Below are positions 8,509 through 19,896 of a stretch of 64,000 bases of DNA, piece by piece. Source of the DNA: Myxococcota bacterium (GTDB lineage: Bacteria > Myxococcota_A > UBA796 > UBA2385); assembly GCA_044344255.1 (NCBI GenBank), contig JBIJDH010000002.1, positions 512,001 through 576,000 on the forward strand. Reading direction: 5' to 3'. Both the position numbers and the translations under genes were made by a program. The first letter of the stretch is position 1, and each line of letters opens with the position of its first letter. The notes under the pieces were generated by a model, which was given only the letters and a program-made list of their open reading frames with translations, did no database searches and was not told the origin of the DNA.

Positions 8509-10665
8509 ATGTCGCCGGTGACCTGGCTCCTCCTCGCCCTGCTCGCCTGTCGAGACAAGGCGGGTGAGACGGTCGGGGGCGACGAAGAAGACGGATCAGG
8601 CGAGGCCTCCGACGGGGGCGCCGTCGACGGCGGGGGAGACGAGGGCGGCGGGGACAGCGCCGCCGAGGGCTGGAGCCTCCGCGTGACGGTCACCCTCGAC
8701 GGCGCGCCGGCGCCGGGGGTCCGCCTCACGCAGCCCGGCACCTCGCTCACCTGGAGCACCGACTCCGCCGGCCAGGCTGAGGTGGAGCTCCGCGCCGATC
8801 TCGACGGCGGCATCGCCATCGCCGCCTCTCACCCCGAGGCGCGGGTGGGCGGCTACGAGTTCTACCCGTCGGAGTGGGGCACCCCCACGCTCACCATCCC
8901 GCTCACCCGCTTCGACCCCACCGACAACCCGGCCTACACCTTCCTGGCCCCGGGCACCCCTGAGTCCGGTCTGTCCACGGAGTTCTGTACACATTGCCAC
9001 GTCCGCATCAACGCGGACTGGTACGCGTCGCCCCACGCCCGCTCGGCGAGCAACCCCGTCGTGCACGACCTCTACGCCGGCGTCGCCGCCGCCTGGGCCG
9101 ACGAGGCGGGCTGCCTCGCCCGCGGCGGGATCTGGCGCTCGGGCCTCGTGCCCGGCTCCACCGCCCGCGCAGACCGCTGCTACATCGGCGAGGGGACGCT
9201 CCCCTCGCTGAACGCCGACTGTGGCGTGACGGAGAGCTGCGACGGCGTCGCCGCCGAGACCGGTGACTGCGCCGACTGCCACGCCCCCGGAATCAATGGG
9301 TCGCTCGGCGGGCGTGATCTCCTCGAGGCCACGGAGGAGGCTTACGAGCACGGCGTCCACTGCGACGTCTGCCACAAGGTCGAGTCGGTGGACCCCGATG
9401 ATCCGCGCCCGGGCGTCGCCGGTAAGCTCCACGTGCTCCGTCCGATTGAGCCCTCACCCAGCCCGGCGATGGGGGAGTGGGCGCCCACCCAGTTCGGCCC
9501 CTACGGGGACGTGCTCAATCCCTTCATGGGGGCGATCGAGCGGGATCAGTTCACCGAGGCGTCCTTCTGTGCAGGGTGTCATCAGTATGACGCGCCGGTG
9601 CGCGTGGTCGGAGGGTCCGTCGATCTCTCCCGCTGGCCGGACGGCCTCTTGCCGGTGCAATCGACCTGGGCGGAGTGGGAGGCCAGCCCGATGAGCCCCG
9701 ACGTGCCCTGCCAGAGCTGCCACATGCCCCCCGACCCTCACGCCGGAAACAGCGCCGATCTGGGCCATGAGGGCGCCCTCGACGAGGGCGGCACGGTCGG
9801 CGGCTGGTATCGGCCTCCAGGCGAGGTCCGCCGCCACGCCTGGTTTGGGCCCCGCTCGGCCGAGCAGCGGCTCCTCGAGCTCGCTGCTCGGGTGGAGCTG
9901 GAGGGGGAGCTCAGCCTCGGGGAGCTCGAGGCGCGGGTCACGGTCACCAACAGCGGCCCGGGCCACGCGCTCCCCACTGGCGAGCCCCTGCGCAGCCTGC
10001 TCTTGCTCGTCGAGGCCCGATGTGACGGGGACATGCTCGAGAGCATGGGGGGTGACGTGATCTCCGACGTCGGCGGCGCGCTCGATGAGCAGGCGGCGGG
10101 GGAAGACTGGTCACGCTGGCCGGGAGCCCTGGTGGGCGACCGTGTCCGAGTCTTGCGCGAGACGGGCGACTGGCTCGACTACACCGGCCCCGGCCCCTTC
10201 GGAGACGGCCGCTTCGACACGATCGCCAAGGGAATGCCGATCGAGGTGTTGGCGGGCGAATCGGAGATCACCGCGGTCGACTCGGAGGGGAGGGTGAGCC
10301 TCAGCGCGCCGCTGCCGGAGGGGGATCGGGCCGTCCGCGTCGAAGCGGACGGGGGGCTCCCCGAGGACGGCGACCCCGCGCGGGCGTGGTCGGGCGCCCC
10401 CGGCTTCGCCTACTCTCGGGTGCTGGTCGGCCCCGATGGCGCCCGCAACGTGCCCCACTTCCGAGCGGTGGACGTGGTGAGCGACAACCGCTTGCCGGCC
10501 GGGCAGTCCTGGACCACCGTTCACCGCTTCGCCGCGACCTGTGAGCACCCAGTCGTAGAGGCGGTGCTCGTCCACCGCGCCTACCCCCTGGAGCTCGCGG
10601 CGGAGCGCGGCTGGGCCCTGACCGAGTCGGTGATGGCGCGAGAGACGCTGGAGATCGGACCATGA
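8509..10665 (+). CDS. Pentaheme cytochrome c lipoprotein
   Basis: Lipobox 'LLALLAC'. Five CxxCH motifs (CTHCH, CADCH, CDVCH, CAGCH, CQSCH), then 'GHALPTG'. Confidence 0.88.
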   Translation: MSPVTWLLLALLACRDKAGETVGGDEEDGSGEASDGGAVDGGGDEGGGDSAAEGWSLRVTVTLDGAPAPGVRLTQPGTSLTWSTDSAGQAEVELRADLDGGIAIAASHPEARVGGYEFYPSEWGTPTLTIPLTRFDPTDNPAYTFLAPGTPESGLSTEFCTHCHVRINADWYASPHARSASNPVVHDLYAGVAAAWADEAGCLARGGIWRSGLVPGSTARADRCYIGEGTLPSLNADCGVTESCDGVAAETGDCADCHAPGINGSLGGRDLLEATEEAYEHGVHCDVCHKVESVDPDDPRPGVAGKLHVLRPIEPSPSPAMGEWAPTQFGPYGDVLNPFMGAIERDQFTEASFCAGCHQYDAPVRVVGGSVDLSRWPDGLLPVQSTWAEWEASPMSPDVPCQSCHMPPDPHAGNSADLGHEGALDEGGTVGGWYRPPGEVRRHAWFGPRSAEQRLLELAARVELEGELSLGELEARVTVTNSGPGHALPTGEPLRSLLLLVEARCDGDMLESMGGDVISDVGGALDEQAAGEDWSRWPGALVGDRVRVLRETGDWLDYTGPGPFGDGRFDTIAKGMPIEVLAGESEITAVDSEGRVSLSAPLPEGDRAVRVEADGGLPEDGDPARAWSGAPGFAYSRVLVGPDGARNVPHFRAVDVVSDNRLPAGQSWTTVHRFAATCEHPVVEAVLVHRAYPLELAAERGWALTESVMARETLEIGP

Positions 10666-12176
10666 GCCTCCTTCTCCTTCTCCCTCTCCCTCTCCCGCGC
10701 CTGGGCCTCCCGCTGGTCCTCGGGCTCGTAGGCTGTCGGCCGGCGCCCGAAGCGGGCCCGCACGCCGCCGCGTCCATCTCGCGGGAGGGGTCAGGGGTCG
10801 AGCCCTGGAGCGCGGAGGGGGCCGGGGAGCAGCCCAGCCTGCCGATCATCGAGGAGGCCGCCGACATCGACGATGCGGAGGGGGTGGTCCACTTCCTGCT
10901 CCGCGCCGCGGCGGCGACCCACACCCTCACCGACTGGCAGACCGGCGAGGTCCGCACGGTGGAGGGCTACGCCTACAACGGCCTCTCTCCGGGTCCAACC
11001 CTGCGCGCCCGTGTGGGAGACACCGTGCTGGTCGAGCTCGTGAACGAGCTGGACGTCGAGACGACGCTGCACTGGCACGGCCTCCAAGTCCCCTGGTCGG
11101 AGGACGGGGTCACCTGGATGGCGGAGCCCGTCGCCCCCGGCACCAGCCGCGGCTACCGGTTCGTGGTCGATCGGCCGGGCACCTTCTGGTACCACCCGCA
11201 CTTCGATCCGGCGCACCAGGTCGACCTCGGGCTCTACGGCGCCTTCATCGTCGAAGACCCGGCCGAGCCTGCCGCCGATCGCGACCTCGTGTTGGTCTTC
11301 GACGACTGGCCCGAAGCGGAGGGAGAAGTCGGGGGAGAAGGCGAGGGAGAAGGCGGGGGAGGGGAGGGGAGCGACGACACCGGGGACGACCCGACGGACG
11401 CCTATGTACACGGCGCTCACGGCGCAGAAGGCCTGTGGACGGTGAACGGCGCGGTCCGGCCCCGCCTGGACCTCGACGCCGCCGAGGGGGCGCGCCTCCG
11501 GATCCTCAACGTGAGCAACGCGGGCTACCTCGCGCTGCACTGGGCCGATCAGCGCTGGATCGGCGGCGATCAGGGCCTGCTGCCGGCCGCGGAGGCCCCC
11601 GATCAGGTGGTGCTCGGCGCCGGAGATCGGGGAGAGTTTGAGATCGTGGCGGGTGGCTCGGGCTTCCGAATGGAGGATCGGCCCTGGAGCCTCGCGGGGG
11701 GCGCCGGGTACGGCGAGGCCGAGGCCCGCCTCGACGTGGTGGTCACCGGCACCAGCAGCCCCGGTGCGCCGCTGCCGCTGCCCTACTCGGGCGAAGCCCC
11801 CACGCCCGATCCCGGCCGCACCGATCTGCTCTACACCTTCCAGGGAGAGCTCCACAGCGACACCTGGATGATAAACGGTGAACAGTACCCGGATGTTACT
11901 GTTCAGTCCGCCCCGTACGGCGCAGAGCAGGTGATCGAGGTTCGGAACCTGTCGGCCTCCACCCATCCCTTTCACCTGCACGGCATGTCCTTCGAGGTGC
12001 TCTCCGTGGACGGCGTGGCCCCCACCCACCGCACCGTCGAGGACACCGTTGACCTCGGTCTATACCAGACCCTGCGCCTCCGGCTGGTCGCCGACAACCC
12101 GGGCGACTGGATGCTCCACTGCCACATCCTCCCGCACGAGCACGGCGGCATGATGACCGTGCTGCGGGTGGAGTGA
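10662..12176 (+). CDS. Multicopper oxidase, probable lipoprotein
   Basis: All four Cu motifs present: HWHG, WYHPH, HPFHLHG, HCHILPHEHGGMM. Lipobox 'GLVGC'. ATGA overlap with the cytochrome gene. Confidence 0.92.
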   Translation: MSLLLLLPLPLPRLGLPLVLGLVGCRPAPEAGPHAAASISREGSGVEPWSAEGAGEQPSLPIIEEAADIDDAEGVVHFLLRAAAATHTLTDWQTGEVRTVEGYAYNGLSPGPTLRARVGDTVLVELVNELDVETTLHWHGLQVPWSEDGVTWMAEPVAPGTSRGYRFVVDRPGTFWYHPHFDPAHQVDLGLYGAFIVEDPAEPAADRDLVLVFDDWPEAEGEVGGEGEGEGGGGEGSDDTGDDPTDAYVHGAHGAEGLWTVNGAVRPRLDLDAAEGARLRILNVSNAGYLALHWADQRWIGGDQGLLPAAEAPDQVVLGAGDRGEFEIVAGGSGFRMEDRPWSLAGGAGYGEAEARLDVVVTGTSSPGAPLPLPYSGEAPTPDPGRTDLLYTFQGELHSDTWMINGEQYPDVTVQSAPYGAEQVIEVRNLSASTHPFHLHGMSFEVLSVDGVAPTHRTVEDTVDLGLYQTLRLRLVADNPGDWMLHCHILPHEHGGMMTVLRVE

Positions 12177-12192
12177 GCGGGCCCCCGCCGGC

Positions 12193-13293
12193 TCAGCGAG
12201 GCGCGCGGCCGAAGTCTCTCGCTACCGCGAAAGAGACCACCCGCTCTATGTAGTCGCGCACTCGCGGCGGCGGGAGCCCGGGCAGCGCCGCCGCGGCCTC
12301 GGTGGTGTCGAAGAGGGGGTTCTGGACGAAGTAGGGCATGAAGGCGTCGCCACCCCTGCGGATGGCCGCGCCTCGTTTCGTCATGAACAGCGGCTTCAGC
12401 AGCGGCCGAAAGTACCGCTTGTAGTTGCCTTGCTCGACGTAGCGGATGGCCCCTGAGCCGGTCGCGGCGCGGATCCAGCCCACCATCTCTTCGACCGTCG
12501 GGGCGCCGTCCCCCACGGCGAGGTGGAAGCGCCCGCCGACCGTCCCGGGATCGGCCTGCAAGCGGTCGAGGGCCTCGGCGACGAAGTCGACCGGCACGAT
12601 GTCGACGCGGCAGTGTGGGCTGCCGGGGAAGAGCCGCCACCAGCCGGAGAGGTAGAGGCGGAGAGGCCAGTAGATGACGTTGAAGGACTCGGTGGCCCCG
12701 GTGGTGGAGTCGCCGACGATGATGCTCGGGCGGTGGATGGCGGTGGGCAGCCCGCGGGCCTGGGCCTCCTCGACGAGGCCCTCCGCCTCACACTTGGACC
12801 ACTCGTAGCGGTTGCGGAATCCCTGGCCGACGAAGCGCTCGTGCTCGTAGACCCGACCGACCCGGTCGCCGGCGACGTAGGCGGTGCTCACTTGATCGTA
12901 ACGCTCGAGGCGGCCCCGCTCGGCGGCCTCGGCGGCGAGGGCGAGCATCGAGCGCGTGGCCTCGATGTTCTCGGCGGCGGCGGTCTCCGCGTCCATGTCG
13001 AAGCGGACGGAGGCGGCGCAGTGCAGGATGGCCGTGAGCTCGGGGATCAGGGCCGCACGATCCGCGGGGTGGAGGCCGAGGCCGGGCGCCGAGACGTCCC
13101 CGGCCACCGCCTCGAGCCGCTCCGCCGCCGCTCCGAGGCCGGCCGCCAGCCTCTTCCGCCGCGCGTCGAGGTGGGCCGCGTCGCGCGCACGGACCAGGAC
13201 GACCACGCGGGTCGCCGGTCGCGCGAGGAGGCGCGGCAGCAGGGCACCGCCGACATGGCCGGTCGCGCCGGTGAGGAGGATGGTCTCGGACAC
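12193..13293 (-). CDS. Extended SDR oxidoreductase (fatty acyl-CoA/thioester reductase-like)
   Basis: 'LLTGATGHVG', 'HCAASVRF', 'VSTAYVAG', 'YEWSK', 'RPSIIVG'. Confidence 0.85.
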   Translation of the reverse strand: MSETILLTGATGHVGGALLPRLLARPATRVVVLVRARDAAHLDARRKRLAAGLGAAAERLEAVAGDVSAPGLGLHPADRAALIPELTAILHCAASVRFDMDAETAAAENIEATRSMLALAAEAAERGRLERYDQVSTAYVAGDRVGRVYEHERFVGQGFRNRYEWSKCEAEGLVEEAQARGLPTAIHRPSIIVGDSTTGATESFNVIYWPLRLYLSGWWRLFPGSPHCRVDIVPVDFVAEALDRLQADPGTVGGRFHLAVGDGAPTVEEMVGWIRAATGSGAIRYVEQGNYKRYFRPLLKPLFMTKRGAAIRRGGDAFMPYFVQNPLFDTTEAAAALPGLPPPRVRDYIERVVSFAVARDFGRAPR

Positions 13294-13351
13294 GGTGCGC
13301 TCTTCGCGGGGGTGGCCTCCGCCGGTGATGGCCGGCGGAGGGCGCGGGGCG

Positions 13352-14335
13352 CTACTTCCCGTAGCGGTAGGTCGAGAACTGGGAGTCCATGCGCGTGTCC
13401 TGCACCGACGAGAAGGTGTTCATGCAGGAGTCGTCGGTGTAGTCCATGAAATTGTTGATCGGATCGTCGCCGGTGATCGAGGCGCAGCTGTTGCGCCCCG
13501 TCGGGCAGCCGTAGGCGGCGCTCTTCTCGGCCGGGGTGTCGGAGACGAGGTCGCCGCCGGTGCTCGCGTTCTTCGCGCAGCCGCCCTGGAAGGTGTGGTA
13601 GAGCCCCATCCAGTGGCCGATCTCGTGGGTGGCCGTGTCTCCGAGGTTGTAGGGGGCCGCGGAGCCGCCGGGGACGCTGGAGTAGAGGATCACGACGCCG
13701 TCGTACTTCGGGCTCGAGGCGTAGCTCGAGGGGAAGGTGGCCCAGCCGAGGAGGCCGCCCGACGGGTTGCAGCTGTAGAGGTTGAGGTCGTCAGCCGTGC
13801 CCTGACGGAGCGCGTTCTTCATCGACGTCTCGGTCGAGGTGGTCGCGCAGCCGTTGTACCAGGTGCTGTTCGTGGTCCGATCGGTGGCCGCGAGCACGAA
13901 GGTCCAGCCGGTGGAGGCGTAGGCCGCGTTCAAGACGTTGATCTGATCGGAGATGGCGGTGTCGGTGATGTCGCCGTTCGACACGCCGCTTCCCTTGTTG
14001 ATCACGTGGAAGTACACGGGGATCGTGCCGCCGGTGACGGCCGCGTGGTGCGTGCTCATGTGGTTGCGGTCGTACTCGAACTCGGCCTCCATGCCCTTGA
14101 CGGTGTCGTCGGAGGGCTCCACGCCGCAGCGGAGGCCTGCGTGCACGAACTCGGCCTGGCTCTCAAACTGGTGCTCGCCGATCTGAAAGGGGGTCGCGCC
14201 AGCCTCGGGGTCGTCACCCCCGGCCTCGGCCTCCCAAGTGCCGGCCTCTGCGACGGCCTCGGCGGCTGTGTCATCGTCCTTGTCGCCGCAGGCGGTGAGG
14301 AGCGCGAGGAGGGAGAGCGAAGCGAAACGAGCCAT
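13352..14335 (-). CDS. Zinc metalloprotease, M43 (pappalysin/ulilysin) family, lipoprotein
   Basis: Lipobox 'LLTAC', prodomain 'RCG', 'IPVYFHVI', '[13 protein letters not shown]', Met-turn 'NFMDY'. Confidence 0.92.
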   Translation of the reverse strand: MARFASLSLLALLTACGDKDDDTAAEAVAEAGTWEAEAGGDDPEAGATPFQIGEHQFESQAEFVHAGLRCGVEPSDDTVKGMEAEFEYDRNHMSTHHAAVTGGTIPVYFHVINKGSGVSNGDITDTAISDQINVLNAAYASTGWTFVLAATDRTTNSTWYNGCATTSTETSMKNALRQGTADDLNLYSCNPSGGLLGWATFPSSYASSPKYDGVVILYSSVPGGSAAPYNLGDTATHEIGHWMGLYHTFQGGCAKNASTGGDLVSDTPAEKSAAYGCPTGRNSCASITGDDPINNFMDYTDDSCMNTFSSVQDTRMDSQFSTYRYGK

Positions 14336-14499
14336 AGGGACCTCCAAAGGTTCACCTTGTATAGACCTGCCAAACCGGCCGTACCACCCGCCATGACGAA
14401 AAGCGGACAAGCCCTCGGGGCGAGCCTGTGACAAAGCTCCCCGCGGGGCGGGCGCCGGAATAGTCTGCGCTCCGCCCGAGCGGGCGGTCGAGAGGTCCC

Positions 14500-15270
14500 A
14501 TGACGCAGTCGGCCAGAACCCAGCTTACACGCGGCGTCTTGCTCCACGAGGGCAAGGCGAAGCAGGTCTTCGCAACCTCCAACCCAGATCTCGTCTGGAT
14601 CCACTTCAAGGACGACGCCACCGCCTTTGACGGGGCGAAGCGGGCGAGCATCCGGGACAAGGGTGAGGTGAACGCGCGGATCTCGGCGCACCTCTTCGAG
14701 CGGATGGCCGCCGCCGGCGTGCCGCACCACCTCGTGGAGGTGATGTCGCCCCGCGATCACCTGTGTCGAAAGGTGGAGATCATCCCCGTGGAGGTGGTCG
14801 TCCGCAACGTGATGGCGGGCTCCCTGGCGAAGCGCCTCGGGCGCCCGGAGGGGGAGCGGCTCCCCCGCCCGATGGTGGAGTTTTTCTACAAGTCCGACGA
14901 GCTGCACGACCCCCACATCGCCGACGAGCACGCCCTGCTCTTCGGCTGGGCGAAGGAGTGGGAGCTCGCCTACCTCCGCCACGCTGCCCTCGTCGTCAAC
15001 GCAGAGCTGCAGCGCTTCTGGGACGAGCTCGGCGTGATGCTGGTCGACTTCAAGATCGAGCTCGGGCGCTACCGGGGCAATCAGCTCCTGCTCGCCGACG
15101 AGATCACCCCGGACGGCTCGCGCCTCTGGGAGAAGGGCACCAACCGGAAGCTCGACAAGGACGTGTTCCGCCGCGACCTCGGCGACCTCGGCGACACCTA
15201 CCGCGAGCTCTTCACCCGCGTCTTCGGCGGGAACGTCGGCGATCGCGCCGTGGACGGGGGTGGGAAATGA
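14500..15270 (+). CDS. purC: SAICAR synthetase
   Basis: 'EGKAK', 'FKDDATAF', 'IPVEVVVRN', 'LVDFKIE', '[11 protein letters not shown]', 'DKDVFR'. Confidence 0.97.
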   Translation: MTQSARTQLTRGVLLHEGKAKQVFATSNPDLVWIHFKDDATAFDGAKRASIRDKGEVNARISAHLFERMAAAGVPHHLVEVMSPRDHLCRKVEIIPVEVVVRNVMAGSLAKRLGRPEGERLPRPMVEFFYKSDELHDPHIADEHALLFGWAKEWELAYLRHAALVVNAELQRFWDELGVMLVDFKIELGRYRGNQLLLADEITPDGSRLWEKGTNRKLDKDVFRRDLGDLGDTYRELFTRVFGGNVGDRAVDGGGK

Positions 15271-15497
15271 AGGTCCGGGTCCTCGTCCACCTCAAGCCCG
15301 GTGTGCTCGATCCGGCGGGTAAGGCCGTCTCCCATGGGCTGCACCAGCTCGGCTTCCCCGAGGTGGAGGGGGTGCGCCTCGGTCGCTCGATCGAGCTGGT
15401 CGTCGCCGACGGCACGCCTCGCGAGCGAATCGAGGAGATGTGCAAGAAGCTCCTTGCTAACCTCGTGATCGAAGACTTCAGGGTGGAGATGCCATGA
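15267..15497 (+). CDS. purS: FGAM synthase subunit PurS
   Basis: '[10 protein letters not shown]', '[13 protein letters not shown]'. ATGA overlap with purC. Confidence 0.95.
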   Translation: MKVRVLVHLKPGVLDPAGKAVSHGLHQLGFPEVEGVRLGRSIELVVADGTPRERIEEMCKKLLANLVIEDFRVEMP

Positions 15498-16191
15498 GCG
15501 GCGCCTCCGGGGCTCGGATGAGCGGCGAGAGGGTGGTCGCGGTCATCACCTTCCCGGGCTCGAACTGCGACGCCGATCTCCGTCACGCGGTCGAGCTCTT
15601 CGATGGGCTCCGGGCGCGGGCGGTCTGGCACAAAGAGACGAGCCTCGGGGCGGTGGACGCCGTGATGCTCCCGGGTGGCTTCTCCTACGGCGACTACCTC
15701 CGCTGCGGGGCGCTCGCCCGCTTCTCGCCGGTGATGACGGAGGTCGCGCGCTTCGCCGCGCGGGGCGGGCCCGTGCTGGGCATCTGCAACGGCTTCCAGA
15801 TCCTCACCGAGGCGGGGCTGCTGCCTGGCGCGCTGCTGCAGAACGCGGGCCTCCGCTTCCTCTGCCGCGATGTGCTCCTGCAGGTCGAAGGGCGGTCAAC
15901 CCCCTTCACCGCTCGCCTGGATCGCGACCGCGCCCTGCGGGTGCCGATCGCCCATATGGACGGCAACTACACGGCGGAGGCCGACACCCTCGACCGCATC
16001 GAGGGGGAGGGGCAGGTGCTCTTCCGCTACGCAGGAGGTGCCCCCAACGGCGCCGCCCGCGACATCGCCGGGGTCTGCAACGCGGCGGGAAACGTCGTGG
16101 GCTTGATGCCTCACCCTGAGCGTGTGGTCGAGGCCGCCCTCGGCGGCACGGACGGCCGCGGCTTCTTCGAATCTCTGCGCGAGGTGCTCGG

Positions 16192-16195
<4 letters not shown>
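15494..16195 (+). CDS. purQ: FGAM synthase glutaminase subunit PurQ
   Basis: 'FPGSNCD', '[11 protein letters not shown]', 'GICNGFQ', 'MPHPER'. Confidence 0.97.
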
Positions 16196-18383
<2,188 letters not shown>

Positions 18384-18387
<4 letters not shown>

Positions 18388-19811
18388 GCGCCCCCGATCG
18401 CTTCCACGACGAGTGCGGCGTGGTGGGCGTCTACGGCGACCCCGACGCCGCGCGCCTCACCACCCTCGGCCTCCACGCCCTCCAGCACCGCGGGCAGGAG
18501 GGGGCCGGGATCGCGGCGGCGGGGGGCGAACGGATGGTGCTCCACCGCGGGATGGGGCTCGTCCACGACGTCTTCAAGGCTGCGGACCTCGCGACCTTGG
18601 AGGGCAGCGCCGCGATCGGCCACGTCCGCTACTCCACGGCGGGCGAGAGCTCCCTTCGTAACGTCCAGCCCTTCCTGGTCCGATACGTCGAGGGGCAGGT
18701 CGCGATCGCGCACAACGGCAACCTCGTCAACGCCAACCCCTTGCGCCGCCAGCTCGAGGCCCGCGGGAGCATCTTCGCGACGACCTCCGACACCGAGGTG
18801 GTGCTGCATCTCCTGGCCGGCTCTCGTCAGAGCACCTTCGTCAACCGGCTCGTCGAGGCCTTGTACAGGGTTGAGGGGGCCTACTCGCTCCTCCTCCTGA
18901 CCGAGCGAGAGCTCGTCGCCGTGCGCGACCCCCACGGCTTTCGGCCGCTGGTGCTCGGAGCCCGCGGGGACGCCTTCGTGGTCGCGAGCGAGACCTGCGC
19001 CCTCGAGCTGATGGGGGCTACCTACGTCCGGGAGATCGCGCCGGGCGAGATGGTCATCATTGATCGGGAGGGGCTGCTCTCGCTCCACCCCTTCCCGAAG
19101 CGGCCGCGGAGGGCCTGTGTGTTCGAGCACATCTACTTCGCGCGCCCGGACTCGGTGGTCTTCGGGATGGGGGTCTACGAGACCCGAGTGGCCCTCGGCC
19201 GCCGCCTCGCCGTAGAGCACCCCGCCGCCGTGGACTGCGTGATCCCAGTGCCCGACTCCGGGCTTGCGGGCGCCCTCGGCTACTCCGAGCAGAGCGGTGT
19301 TCCCTTTCAGTTCGGCCTGCTGCGCTCCCATTATGTCGGGCGGACCTTCATCGAGCCCTCCCAGCAGATCCGCGCCCTCGGGGTCAAGCTGAAGCTCGCG
19401 CCGGTCCGCAGCGTGCTGCAGGGGAAGCGCGTGGCGGTGATCGACGACTCCCTCGTGCGCGGGACCACCTCCCAGAAGATCGTCAAGCTGCTCCGCGAGG
19501 CCGGCGCGGCCGAGGTCCACCTCCGCATCACCGCTCCGCCGACGACCGGCTCCTGCTTCTACGGGGTGGACACGCCCAACAAGGAGGAGCTGATCGCCCA
19601 CCGGATGGACGTCGAGGGGATCCGCGCGTGGCTGGGGGCAGACTCCCTCGGCTACCTCTCCCTCGAGGGGCTGCGCCTCGTGGAGGGCGAACAACGCGGG
19701 GAGTTCTGTGAGGCCTGCTTCTCGGGGGATTACCCCGTCGCGCCGGTCTCCGAGGTCGCCGAGGCCCAGGTGCCGCTCTTCGCGCGCGGAGACGACGGCG
19801 GCGCGGCCTGA
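18384..19811 (+). CDS. purF: Amidophosphoribosyltransferase
   Basis: 'DECGVVG', 'QHRGQE', 'GHVRYST', 'DDSLVRGTT', C-terminal 'CEAC'. Confidence 0.97.
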
Positions 19812-19858
19812 TCGGGCGCCGGTGTTCCGACAAATCGTGTCCGCGCGGGTGCCCGCGT

Positions 19859-19867
19859 TGCTATGAT
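19859..19867 (+). promoter_or_regulatory. Candidate extended -10 promoter for the Hsp70 gene
   Basis: TGcTATGAT, about 30 bp upstream of the ATG at 19897. Confidence 0.4.
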
Positions 19868-19896
19868 GCGCGCCTTGTGGTGGGGATGGGTGCGGC

